The notes beneath the pieces are model-generated. The model did no database searches and had not been told where the DNA came from. It saw nothing but the letters and a program-made list of their open reading frames with translations. Both the position numbers and the translations under genes were made by a program. DNA of 64,000 nt from Pavona decussata (lineage: Eukaryota), in NCBI GenBank assembly GCA_977016875.1, contig CDRNST010000051.1:434001-498000 (forward strand), given 5' to 3'. Of this stretch, positions 24,336 to 37,772 are shown in pieces (the first letter of the stretch is position 1; each line of letters opens with the position of its first letter).

Positions 24336-27300
24336 TCAGTTCTTACTTTTAATCAGACAATTTAGCCCTTCCCAGCCGGCCTTGCACACTCTGCTCCCAT
24401 CACGTGTATCACACGTGTAATGCCCGTGCATGTTGTCGTCATGAGGCACACAGTACTGCCGACACTCGGGTCCATACCACCACGGCTTGCATTGCATGAA
24501 TCCATCCTCAGTGCAATCGAAGTTACCTAGCTGGGTGGAGTTATTGCACGTCAGTGAACAATTGGCTCCGTATCGACCTAGCAGACAATCTCTGCAGTCC
24601 GGGGGTCGGTATCCATCTAAGCACACTTTGTTGCCATGGATATCACAGGTGTAATGCCCTCGCATGTCATCATCTCGGGGAACACAGAACACCGTGCAGT
24701 TCTCACCATACCACCCATCTTTGCACATCTTACTTCCGTCATGCGCACAGGTGTAGTATCCGTTGTCATCATCCTCGTGAGGAATGCAGTGCGAACGGCA
24801 TTCGGCCCCAAACCACCACGGTAAGCAATCTTTCTTGCCATCGGCGGGCCTGCATCTGTCACCCCAAAAAAATGCACCAAAAATGTCAAAAAGGGGTTCA
24901 AAATATCATGGGTTGTCCTAATTTCCCAGTAGTGAGAAATCATTATTTTCCAAGCCCAAACTGATCGTGATGACCAAAGTGACTGGCCTGTCGTTTTTCT
25001 AACATCAGACCCATGATCATCATTTCCATACATTGACTAATCGGCGTAAACATTTCATGTAGTTTTCAAAGCTTATCGAAAAAAAAAATGGTAATTGCTC
25101 ATAGCGTATGTAAACACAACATTGGCTTCTGTTACGCTGTCAGAATTATCTTGAGCGACAGCTGAGGAAGGACAGTTTGAATGCCAAAATTAGTGACAAA
25201 CGTTAGACCACTTGAGAAGACCCTCCAAGAGTCGAAGACTCTAGATCTAATTTTAAACACCTCAGAGTTTCATTAGTATCGATGGCAGTACAAATTCGCT
25301 CTAGTTGAGCCACTGTTTCCATTAGCTCGCGTGCGTTCTTCTCTACGCATGCTTTAAACTGTAAACTGATCATTAAGTTAATGCGCTCTCACTTACTTGT
25401 AATGTCCTTGCTCTTCACCATCCTGAGGTACACAGTATGTAGAACAGCGTGGACCAAACCAGTTTTTTACACAGCTCTTGCAAGATGGCCCTTGCCAGTT
25501 TCGCAAACATTGCTTATTTCCCCATTTATCACAGTTGAAGTGTCCATTCCAAGGGTCATCCCGCGGGACGCAGTATCGGGTGCAGCTGCTTCCATACCAA
25601 CCATCCCTGCAAATCTTTCTTCCCAGATAATCGCAAGTGTAGTGCCCGCTCGAGTCATCCCTCGGGATACACTTAACAGTGCATGAATCACCGTAAAAGT
25701 TTTCGTCGCAGTACACCTCTAGATCAAGGGTTAGTCTAACGCGTCTTCCTCTCAGCTCTTGACGGCTTCGGTAGTGGGACGATACGCCGGGTCTTACAGA
25801 AGGAAGCGTCACGTACTTCTCGACGCGCTCCACAAACTCATCGTTAAAAATTCTGTCCTTGTCCCAAACTTCCAGCCGTAACTTGATGTTGCCCTGAAGC
25901 AAAATTTAACAAAAATTTATGGGGGCTTTTAGAGGTCCGTAGGTAGTTTCTGTTTTCTTATAACGAGAACGATTTACTCGGCCTTGCTCGGATGCAAGAA
26001 CAAATATTTTGTCAGCATGATGTAGAAAAAAGAGTGGTTTGCAATTGATTGTTAAAACTGATTTTGCATTTGCTTTGGTTTTACTTTACTACACATTGTG
26101 ATTGGTTAAACACCATTCAGTTCCTTAACCAATGAGAAGCAAAACAAACTGAAACCCAATAGTGGATTGTCATATGTATTTTCCCGCGTTACATGTTCTA
26201 GCTCAAAATTTTGATTGGTCCAATGCGCTGACTTGCTTCTTTCGTGATTGACCAGAGAAAATATTTTGGGGTTTGATTTTACCATGATAACAAGCTCAAT
26301 TGTTGTTATATAATTATTAATGAAACGATCTTTTCTGTGCACTGCGAATGAAATCAATTTACATGCAAGACTCGTGCAAGTGTCTCACGAAGTGAAGCGA
26401 GGAACTTCATCAGTTTTGTTATGTTAATTATTATATTTTTTTACTTATTAATAAAAGACAACGCACCTACCAGTGTTTTCTTTTAAGAATAAGTTATTCG
26501 TTGAGTTGATTTTACGTCCTTGTTTTTTGTCCCGTAATGGCAGCTGATGCACTATACCTTGACTCATGAATAATTTATAATTTGAATTAAATTCTGAGTA
26601 AATTAATATAAAGTTTACAGCTGATTTAGCGAGGGAGTGAATTCAGCCCACATTACGATAACTCGTTCATTGCGCATGCGCGCATTCACGAGTTAAAAAG
26701 GGACCGAGTGTGTGCTAAGAATTCAGGGTGAGAGATAACTTGTACAACTCGTGTCTGGAGTATCTGTTCAGATTAGTAGTTAATGTTGACCACGTCAAGA
26801 AACGTTCAGTACATTACTCATTTGTCCTTCTTTTAGATGAAGCATTTATGAGACGAGCTAAAGACAGGGTTGAGAAAGGCTTATCATTAAATTGAAAAAT
26901 TGGTTGGAAGCGTCTGCATATGTATACATGGCATGCTGCATGCCGCCTGAACAAAGGTCGTAACCACGCTAAGGATAGGAACTGGAATGTACTTACAGCA
27001 AACGATTTGAAAGCAAAGTCCTTCCTGATGTTAATTGAGTTGTGATTGTCCTCTTTTCCAATTACCCCGGTCGTAGCTCGTCCAATATTGCAGTCGGAGC
27101 GTGATGCTGAGTCCGTCACGCACAGTTTAAAGTAAGCGTCACACGCTGAGCAGCCAATGAATTTGAAGTCACAGCAATCTCCGTTGCTTTTACGATGTGT
27201 CGGATTGCTGTAACTTTTGAACGTGACGACTACGTGCCCCGTGCCTTCACAGCTCACCTGTTGAGATTCAGAACAGTGGTCAAGTAAGTTGTTACACGAG

Positions 27301-28498
27301 TCAGGACAGTTAGCCTCCACAAATTCCGACACAAGGAATTAAAGCTTAGAAAAAGGACAAGCCTGCGTATCAATCGGCCCGACAGAAACTCAAGCGCCTG
27401 TATTACAAGCTCGTGAAGAACACGCGCGGTATTGCAAATAAAACGTGTGGAGTGACTAAGGAGAGTTGGACTGTGGATTTGAGAGGCTGACGCGCGAGAA
27501 TCCACGTTTTCCACTATTCGAGGAACGGACTAAATTACCCCGCGGGAAGAGACCCGTCTCTAGAGTATTCAAGAGTGCCTGCTGGACCCCACCCCACTAG
27601 GTAGTCCCGATTCCCGCCAAGATTTTTTTTTTGCCTTGTGCGATCCTAAATTTCCTTACTAGGCCTAACGCTCAGAAGGAATTTCATGGGTTCACTTAAA
27701 CATACACTGCAGAGTTAATTATCTGTTTCATTGTGTCATTAGTTCTAGCGGCACAACATTCATTGTATATTTTTTAAATCCAGAGTTACATTCAATAACT
27801 ACCAATGGAAAACAAGACAGATCAAGAAAATTCTTCATGCTTCATGCTAGAACAATCTTATTTAAGTATTAAACATGATCTAAAATTAACATACTTTCTT
27901 CTTTTATCCTCTTTTATCCTCAAATGCGTGACATCTGTTGAGCCAAACCAGTGCAGTAGGCCTGGCTAGCTTTGCACTACTAGGCTGGTATTGCCATATT
28001 TTGCAGGATATGGCCCAAAGGAAAATGGCGGTAATATTTCAAAGTGGTTATGTTACTGCATTTAAGTCATTGAGGATCGGCAATCATCTTCCTAACTGCA
28101 AAAATTTTGATTTCAGTGTGCAATTACATAGGGCATTGCCAACCTTGCCTGCCTATCTGTTAGCCTTGTAATTGCCGCCAAGTCCCCTACCCACCCCCAA
28201 TTCTTAAATCACTCACTCCCCCAGAAAATTCCAGCATTTTTGGAACGAGTGAGAACAATTGAAAGCTTTATACTCTCTCGGTTTATTAAAAGTGATCATT
28301 GAATGTTTTAACTGGAAATTAAAGGTGCAGGAACTTTAACCCGCTCAATCTCTTTTCAAGAGCAGCGTTCAACTTCTAACTGAAGGGAAAAAAACACTTT
28401 TCATAAAAAATTGGACTTTAGACAGACCGAAGCAGGTAACCGAATACACTTACCACAAAGAACAGCAAAATAGCAGCTGAGGTGACAAATGACCACAT
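24336..28498 (-). CDS. Secreted Delta-like protein, paralogue 2: signal peptide, C2/MNNL domain, 7 DSL-like units (~440 aa)
   Basis: Exons 28454-28498 (MWSFVTSAAILLFFV), 26997-27257, 25397-25893, 24336-24855; same intron phases as paralogue 1; a possible A|GTAAG donor near 24346 could add a short 3' exon. Confidence 0.87.
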
Positions 28499-29104
28499 CC
28501 TTATGCTATACGCCTTGTATGCAGAATTGAAAATAACTCTACGGAGGCCTTCGGACTCGTGTGGTTTGAAATAGTCAAAAAAGCAGACGAAACTCGAACG
28601 CACCGCCACTTGATCTGATCTCTCGTAAAGCCCACCGTACAGAACAGTACGTACACCACGTAATACTACCTTTCTTATATCGATTGTATTAAGGTCTTTA
28701 CAAGGGTTGTGGCAGAATGACGCTGGCGGTGGTCATAATCCAACTTGTTACAAAGCAGGAGTTTTTCCCGCCACAGCGTGCGCATTCATTGGCTAGTTAT
28801 GGTCACATGACACTGTTTCCTGCGAAAAGTCCATGTGCGCGTGAACAGTGCGAAACGTGTGACGCTAAAGGGTGACAGTTCACCGTTACCCACGGATGTT
28901 GATCGCTGTTGCACGTGAAAAGAGCGTGACTGAAGGGGCTGTCTGAAGGTGGCACGATGTTGTGATAAGATTGTTAGCGCGTTTGAAAGTTTTGTTGTTA
29001 TCCAGTGAATGTCACCCCCGGGGGGAACTTCCTAGTAACAGACTAACTGGGATATCCCAATGGATAGGTCTGCAATTTCAACATAGTTACTAGAATGGGG
29101 AGTA

Positions 29105-30007
29105 GGGAATCATCGAGTTGGGATTCGAGTTCGAGTTCGAGTTGGACTTCGAGTTAGACTTCGAGTTGGACTTCATGACAAATCGATAATATCGATTTGA
29201 CACACGAAATCAATTTATCGATTTTCACCGATTTCCGTTATCAATCGGTAAAAATCATCCGTAAAAATCGCTTACGTCTCTTTCTTCCCTTCGTGCGACG
29301 ATCGTTTTCTCACAGGGGACCACCGCCGCTTGTATTATTTCAACAGACGCGTAATAATCAGACCCTTTGTTCAATCACGTTGTATCAACAAACTCAATTT
29401 GACTGGCGAGCCGCTGAGCCGCTTGAATAAAACTTGTCAGTCTATTTGACTGGCGAACCGCCGAGCTTCTCTATTTTATAAATAGTGACAGGCCTGTGCG
29501 ACTCTCACGTGCGTGTTTTAGCCGTTTTTAGAGTTTTGCTCTCACGAGTATATCCTTGAGAGACCTACCTCTTTTGTATAAAATTAGAGGGGGTTCCTTG
29601 TAAATTTCTCTGAACAATGTTTGTCGTTCTATTAAATGCCAGTTTTCCATTAGTATTTGTTTCAAGTTTGTAACTAATGGGTGGTATTGAACAGATCGAA
29701 ACTGTTTTCTTCTGTTGTACACCATTTTCTTTTTCGTATAGACCATGCTTAGTATCTACATTTTTCGTATAATTCGTTTGGGATGGGGGGTCCGATTCCA
29801 GAGCGCGCTCTCGAAAATAACGAAGTATTTTGCTTTTTGTATTTTTATATTAGTAAAAAAAATAACGAAATATTTAGCTTTTTGTTTTTTTTCTAGTAGT
29901 ACAACTCCGATTCCAACTCGAACTTCAACTCGAAGTCCAACTCGAAGTCTAACTCGAAGTCCAACTCGAACTCGAACTCGAATCCAAACTCGATGATTCG
30001 GGATTCC
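29105..30007. mobile_element. TIR element with (tcgagt/tggact)n arrays enclosing a Penelope fragment
   Basis: gaatcatcgagttgggattcgagttcgag.. is inverted at 29931-30007. Confidence 0.7.
29528..29746 (-). mobile_element. Penelope-like retroelement ORF fragment
   Basis: QYHPLVTNLKQILMENWHLI..FREIYKEPPLILYKRGRSLKDILVRAKL resembles the linker between RT and GIY-YIG in Penelope-like elements. Confidence 0.7.
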
Positions 30008-32727
30008 CACTAGAATGGGGTTGAAAAATTGCAACAAGACTGGCACATTGGAAAATGAAAGAGCTTGAAATACCACGAACCCCAGCTGAAATGCATCTCG
30101 GTCTTGCAGCGGAACACACCCAGCAAAAAAAAACTAACCAACTTACCATACTTGTGTGATGGAATTCAAGCGGATTCAAGTCGGATGCCTGCCTTATTGA
30201 AGATAAACTAATTCCAAATTCGGCTGGTTACAGAACTGACTGTATTATCTGGTTCTTGTTCGTGACACATGCGCTTCATGTGTCAATAAGCTGATAATTT
30301 GTTCCTAATTACACCTAGGTTTAATCTATTTAAAAATGCATTTGTTGTGCTAACAATAGCAACGCAATAGATCATATTTCCCTGAATATATCAGTCCCTT
30401 AGACTTTCCCACAACCAACAATTTGTAATGTTCACACAGTCCCTTAAGAGAAAATATCAAAAGAACGGCTGTATAAGCTAATCAAAAATAGAACCCTCTG
30501 GAACAATATAACAAATAGTAGAACCAGAGAAAAGTACCCAACTCGGCAGCTTTCATTTTAATTACTAATCACACTAGCGGGCTTTTTACACTGAACTAGA
30601 AAGGTATTTCACCCGGGAATTAACTCGGTTATGTGATAGAGTCATTGATGCACTCATATTGTTGTTAGATTCTGTTAGATTTAATAATGTAATATGGTCC
30701 ACCTGAGGTTAAAAGTATATGTAAGTTTGTACAGCATAAAGTTTACTAGAGAAAAACAACGATTTCTGAAAGAGAAATTTGTCTTAGGTACGTAATAACT
30801 TATTTACTGCATGTTTTAAAGTAAGCTAGGGCTTTGTTGAGAACCATTTCTCATTCATGTAACCAGTTTTCTTCAGATTCTCATTACACAAAATATACAA
30901 ATATCACTCAGGCAATTTTACCTAGATATTTAAAAAACTAATCTCTAGTAAATGGTCTTGTCAAGATTTTTTTCATGCGCATAACTTTTCGGCCATGAAG
31001 CTACATAATTTGAAAACTTATTAATTACAACTTGATATTTCAATAATCTTTAAAGCCAATTTTCTCTTTGCCATTTTCTCCCATTTTGATTTATGTAAAT
31101 GCTCAATCAAAATAGCCCATTGATAGCTGGATTGGATTAGATGCATTTTGAAATTTTAATTTCGTAACGTCTAATTATACATATATGCCGGAGGTCTGTA
31201 TCGGGAAAAACTGTGGCCAAGACCTTGAGTATGCGGTTGACGGGGCCGTGCTCAAGATAGAGGGCACATTTTTCCTAACACGGACTGACCTAGGCCGGTG
31301 AATAACATTTTTATTTTTTCCTCAACAAATTATTCTTTCTTCCTTTCATTCTTGTTTTTCTTGCATGTTTTGGCTCAGAAGTATTTACAAGTACTTTTAA
31401 CTAAAACTTAAAAATTTTAAAAGCCAAGTTTTTCCTTGTGATGTCTTTGTCAATATTCTTTGTCATTATTACCGTACCTATCTAATTTCGTGTTAAAATT
31501 TCGATAATTCTGAAACCAATTAATTTCTCTTTGCCATTTTTTTCAGTCACGATTTATCAGTAAGAATAATTCTAAACTTAGCACTGAACTAAAGAGACTC
31601 ATTTATCTAAAATATAAAATTTACAGGCGACCAGCCTTCTCTTTGAATAACTGAGAGTATAAAGTTGTTCTATCCTACTGCTACTTAGAGTTCTTAACTA
31701 AATTTTCTCCTAGTCTTGCTGATTTAGCATGATCGCGATAGTGTTCATCCTCAGAGAGGCACTATTTAAACAAGAATGTTTCTGTCATGAAACTATCGGC
31801 TGGTAGCTGCCCCTCAGAAATTTGAAGGCAGTCGGGGGGGCTACTTCCTTATAAGAGGCTAATGGGGATGTGCCGCTGGATGGGGTCGCATTTTCATGAC
31901 TGGATTGACTATAATGGGGTTGCATTTTCAATAGAGTTACTACAATGGGGTCGCACATTTTCGGATTTTTGGGGTAAGAAAATTCTATTACGTAAGGATT
32001 CAAAATAGTCTAAGTTAAAAATGTCAGAAAGTTGATGTTTATTAAATCTAACAATCACCTCGCATTATATTTCGTTCTTGAAACCACAACTTCAATAAAC
32101 CAGTTTCACAATAGCACAAAACCACCGGTCCAGAACAAAGTAGATGCATAAATAGAAAGTGACTTAGTTGGGATCGCGAAAATTACATTTTCCCAAAAGT
32201 GACTAAGATGGGGTCTATAACTGGCCACAAAAGAGACTATAATGGGGCAGGGGCTCTGAGAAGCCAGCGGCACATACCCAGCAAAACTGAACCCAAGTAC
32301 CCCCCCCCCCCCCCCCCCCGGGTGAAAACGTCCCCCAAATTGGTGGTAGCAAGGACGCAAGTGTATGCTCCCTCATATATCAAACACCACATTCCAGTCA
32401 CTGTCCACGGTCAGCTGTCGGCTGCTAGCAGCGCGCTTGGGTTGATTTCGTTTGCTAAACAGCGGGTTGTTGTACATTACTAAGTGATCGTCTATCTGTC
32501 TTGAACCGTCTTCACCCCTACGAATTAAGAAAACGACCTTTCGTTGTTTCGATTCAAAATAGCCTCCCAAAATAATCGGGGGTACCCTTTGTTTTCATTC
32601 GATTATGTACCAGGTTTATGAATGTAATTTTGACTCTACCATACCAAACGTGAAAATGATGTGCCAAACGAGGAATAGCCTATATAAAACTGCCACAATG
32701 AACTGAATGGTAAGAGTAAAGACTTAA

Positions 32728-32854
32728 AGTGCCCCTGGGACGAAAATTTCATTTTCCATCTTTTTGCATTTACATGTAGAACATGAGTAAGAAGGTCATA
32801 TTCTACAAGAAAATGCAAAAAGATGGAAAATGAAATTTTCGTCCCAGGGGCACT
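32728..32854. mobile_element. Hairpin MITE with TTAA TSD (Kolobok-like)
   Basis: TTAA|agtgcccctgggacgaaaatttcattttccatc..gatggaaaatgaaattttcgtcccaggggcact|TTAA. Confidence 0.8.
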
Positions 32855-33254
32855 TTAAGACACGATAACTTCCAAACAATGTTAGGCTTGAAATACTTGT
32901 GCTTGCCTCAGCAACCCACAAAATGAAGTTGCTATTACATCTTGTGATGGCAAATAAAAACAATGAGACTGAAAATGCTGCAACAACAATTGGCAAACTG
33001 GTGGCGAGCAATTAGAACCAACAGAAAATAATTCTCTTGTTAGAACTTGTTACTACTCTTACCAATGTTTTAGAAAATTCTATTGTGTTGGAAAATTTTC
33101 ATTTTAACTCGAAACTTTAAACACCTGAAAGGTAATGAATAGATTTATGCAGTAATGGGAAGTTTGTGGCAAAAAAAAAACCAGGGGATTTTTTTTTGTG
33201 TTCGTGTCTTTGTTTTATTTGTTTGATTTAAGGAGAAGGCGCCCTAAGAGACAC

Positions 33255-36200
33255 TTACCACGAGATCTCTTGAACTTCACACATCATCTCGTTCATCTCG
33301 TACTGGGAGAGAACATCAGCTGCAGGGTTAACCTTGCAGTGTAGAGTCCTGTCCATTGAGCTGCCTTTCTCATTTCCTTTGTCGTTCCGTTGTCTCTTAT
33401 AAGGGACTGGCTTGGATCGGGATCTGCAACTGTACATGCCGTAAAAAAGAGAGGTTTATAAAGTAAATCAGGTGTTCAAGACTTTTCTCTGTTTTCATCT
33501 TGCACTACGGACTTGATTCAACTTGCACTATGACTCGACCATCTTGCACTATGAGTGGACCCGAGTTGTAGTCGAAATGGCTTTAAAATGTTAGCAACTC
33601 ACCTCAGCAAAGCTATCATACCTCCAGCACATAGGACCAACAGAAGCGCAAAACCTCCAGTTATCAATCCCATGCGCGTTTTTGTCAGCCATTTTTCTTA
33701 AGGCGCCTTTTTACTTTGTTTCTCTATGGGTAGCATTCCACTCTCAGTTGGTGGCTCAGCCGGTATGATGTATTCTGTAATATGTTCTGATTCGGTGGAA
33801 GCCGTGGAAGATGTTGACGGCGTGGACGATGTTTCTGGCGAGTGGGTTGTAACTCCTGAATAATGAACAAATAAAGAGAATCATTACAAAAAGAAGTTCC
33901 TTTAGTTACAGCTGAATGGAATAAACCTGTTAGATGCCTTATTTCAAAGAGTCGCCTCTGACCGATGCCCAGCCGTTCTGTTTAAAACTTTATCTCTGCA
34001 TTCGATTGAGTCCAAAAGACCTTTAGAAATCACTGCATTACGCGTTTCACAAGCACTAAACAAAAGAAACTTCAAAAAAATCGTAATCATTATTTTTTGG
34101 GCAAATAACTGAATCGCATGGTTACGTGTACATTCAAAACGAAAACGGTTTTTTTTGTCTTCTACTGATCGTGGCTCTAATAACTTGAAACTGACGGTAA
34201 CAATAATTACATTATGACAATTGTCCGTTTTTTCAAGGAGCCCACGTTAACTTCCTCATTTCTTCCCAGTGCTTTATGACCGATAATTATTTGTTATTAA
34301 GTCTTAAGCAACGACCACGCCATAGAACGCTTGAATTTTTAAAAATAAATCAGTGTATTCGGTCTATAATTTGAATTGTCAGAAATAGAAGTCTGGGGTA
34401 AGCGATAGCGCTCGACAAAGTGTATCTGGTACTTGTACTTACTGTGAAGACAGCTTTCTCCTTCCCAACCTTCCAGGCACACTTTTTGACCCGTCTCTTT
34501 ATGACATGTGTAATGTCCTAGGTAACTGTTCTGTGATCTGCAAAACACAGTGCAGTTAGGTCCGTACCAATGCTTGTAACATAATTTGCTTCCATCCGCG
34601 ACATCACAAGTGAAGTGCCCAGAAGAATCATCTCTAGGGATGCACATCACGGAGCAGGTAGGGCCATACCAGGCTTGGTGACAAATTATGGACCCGTCCG
34701 AGGGCTCACAATCATAATGTCCCCTGGAGTCATTCCTAGCGACGCAATGCGTGGAACAATTGGGTCCAAACCAATGCTGGTGGCATAGCTTTCTACCATC
34801 ATTGCCATCGCATTGGTATTGCCCGTGAGAGTCATTTCTCGGTGTGCAATACACTGTGCAATTTGGGCCAAACCAGTCGTGATGACATATCTTGGTGCCA
34901 TCCCCGACACTACAATGGTAGTGCCCTCGTGAATTGTTCATTGATTTGCAGTACGTTTTGCATTCACTTCCAAACCAGTTGTCCAAGCAAACTTTGCTAC
35001 CATTAATTTTACCACACGTGTAATGTCCATGGGAGTCATCGTGCGGGGCACAGAATAAAGTGCAACTAGCTCCGTACCAGTTGCTATGACACTTTTTGCC
35101 ACCATCGATTTTATTGCAGTTGTAATGGCCAAACCAGTCGGTGTCCTGAGGAACACAATGTGTACTACAATTCTCGCCATACCAGTCTGGGTTGCAGATC
35201 CTTTGACCCGACTGTGGATGGCAAGTGAAGTGGCCAACATCATCATGTCTGGCAGCACAATAAACTTTGCAGTTCGGACCATACCAGTTGTGGGAACATA
35301 ATATGCTTCCATTTATTGCACACTCGTGTTGACCCATGGAATCATTCCTGGCTTTGCAGTGCACGGTACAGTTTTCGCCAAACCAGTTTGGAAGACACTC
35401 CTTCGCTCCAGTGCCACTGTGACAAAGATAATGACCTGAGGAATCATTTCTCGGTGAACAAAAAATATCACAGTCACCTCCGAACCATCCTACCAGACAC
35501 TCTCGTTTCCCAGTAGTGGAATTACACGTGAAACCCATAGAGGAATCATTCTTTGGTGTGCAATCACACGATGGACCAAACCAGCCTTTTAAACATATTT
35601 TGTTTCCGTTTGAGCCGCAGTTGTAACCTGCAATGGTGTCATTGGTTTGTTTGCAATAAACGTTGCACTGGCTTTTACCGTACCAGTTCTGCAAACAAAT
35701 CTTTTGTCCCTGTGAATCGCAGGTATACCCCGCAAGGGAGTCATTCCTAGGCATACAGTGCACTTTACAACTGGGCCCATACCATCCTTTTAGACACACC
35801 TTTCTCCCTGTGCCAGACTCACATGAGTAGTGTCCATGCGTGTCATCATCATGAGGGACACAATACACTTTACAGCTTGCACCGTACCATCCGGCTCGAC
35901 AGATCCACTCACCAGTGGCTTTATTACAAGTGTAATGTCCTGCGGTATCGTCATCGCGTGCTACACAATACGTAGTACAACTAGGACCATAATAATCTTG
36001 ATTGCATTGAACGGAGTATTGTAGCACCGTTGTAGAAGGATTACCTCCCAGAGATACTTGCACCCATTTTGCTTGCGATGCCCACGATGTCGGGGTGACG
36101 GTGATTTGGCGTTGATATTTGTCGATGAGATCATCTGCAGATATTCCATCTTCATCCATAGCCTGGATACTTACAGCGAATGAACCCTAGCAATATGAGA

Positions 36201-37736
36201 TTACAATTGTAAACCCAACGGTGATCAACATCTACGTTCTTCTTGATTCTAATTCAAAGTGTAACATATAGTTGGCGAGAATTAAATAAATGATCAACAA
36301 AGGAAACAACTTTAAAACAAAAAAAATTCTGTCATGCAGCACACAAAGAAGAATTTCTATTAACAGAAGCCCATAACCTCTATCTCTCATTCTAAGCCTT
36401 GGAGTGAACCCTTTCCCGAAAAAGATTTATTTTTTGAGGAAGTCTTAGAGGACCTTTGGAACCCCTGCAGTTCAAATACCCAATCAAAAAAGATAAAAAG
36501 ACAATGGAACAGTCAGTTTTCATATGTCATTCGTTTCCCGTGTAAATCTATTTTTAGAACTGCTTTTCCTGGTAAAGGGTTGAATTAAGGAATTAATAAA
36601 GATGGAGGCTCCTAGTCCTGGGCTTCTGCTATTGATCAAATTTTAGATCGCCAAACTTGACACAAAACTAAAGTTTTCCAATTTGTGTTGGTAAATGTAA
36701 GTTGACGGTCCTGTGCACTTCACAGAAACAGTTGAAGGCAGACATGTTGGTTACTTGTTGACCGAAGTAGAGCAAATCTCTATAAGTAACTTTTTCAATA
36801 ACCTTTCTGCGCTGGAAACTTGTAGTCAGTGTGAGTATGTGTGTAGCTATCGTGCAACAGGTACATGCTGCTTACTTCAACCAATTAAACCTAAATTACA
36901 CTTCGCGTGTCTTGATGTCATCTGCACGGCGTGGCATGAACTGATAATGAACGACAAAAAAAATCCTCTTTGGGGAAGTGGTAATAAAGTATGTATGTAT
37001 GTATGACAAACAATGTCCTCAGCTCTTCAGGGTAAGTCAAAGAAAGTTCATAATAACTCGTAAAAACGTTACCTTCCATGAAGAAAACGTCCACACGAGA
37101 GGATTTCTTCCACCGCTTTTGAAGGCCTCGTTTAGCTTAAAGACAACGTACTTTGTGTTATCGTAGGTCTTTGTCGTTACAGATTTGACACAAGATCCAC
37201 CGGCATTTTCTTTCAGGCATATCTTTAAATAATAGTCGCAACTCCTGCATGGTGACTCACAGCAGTTTCCGTTTAAGTCTAAATTGGAGGGATTTGAAAA
37301 GCTCTTCAAAAGGACGGACAGTTTTCCTCCTGGGCCGGCTGATATGGGAACCTGTTGGCGCAAAATGCAAGACTTTATAAAATTTAACTTCAAAATTAAA
37401 CTGGGGTTTTGGATGGTCTCTGACACAGCTGTCTGAAACGGCGTTGAAACGACACACTGAGTCCCGACTGACTAGGTGGCTGACTAACTGTATGGATGGA
37501 TGGATGGATGGATGGATGGATGGATGGATGAATGGATGGATGGATGGATGGATGGATGGATGGATAGATGGATGGATGAATCCGGATGGATGCAACCTCG
37601 TTCCCAGGGTCTCTCAACTTTCCGCCCAAGCTTGGCTGGGAAGATGAGAGACCCTGGGAACGAGGTTGGGATGGATGGCGGATTGTCTCGGCCTAAGTGC
37701 TTGACTGACTGACTGACTGACTGACTGACTGACTGA

Positions 37737-37772
<36 letters not shown>

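Noticed and set aside
29745-30179. RV/TRS-repeat ORFs
   Set aside because: Hexamer arrays of a TIR element
32796-33011. Hydrophobic 71-aa ORF as an extra exon of the 15-DSL gene
   Set aside because: No convincing in-phase acceptor, and it runs into a MITE; a TG|GTAAG donor at 33258 still leaves a further exon possible
17350-36186. Annotation as MEGF, teneurin or EGF-repeat proteins
   Set aside because: 4 Cys per ~34-aa unit with PRDD-GHY-C and an upstream MNNL/C2 fits DSL, not 6- or 8-Cys EGF modules
37257-37712. HPSI/MDGW repeat ORFs
   Set aside because: Translations of the (GGAT)n microsatellite
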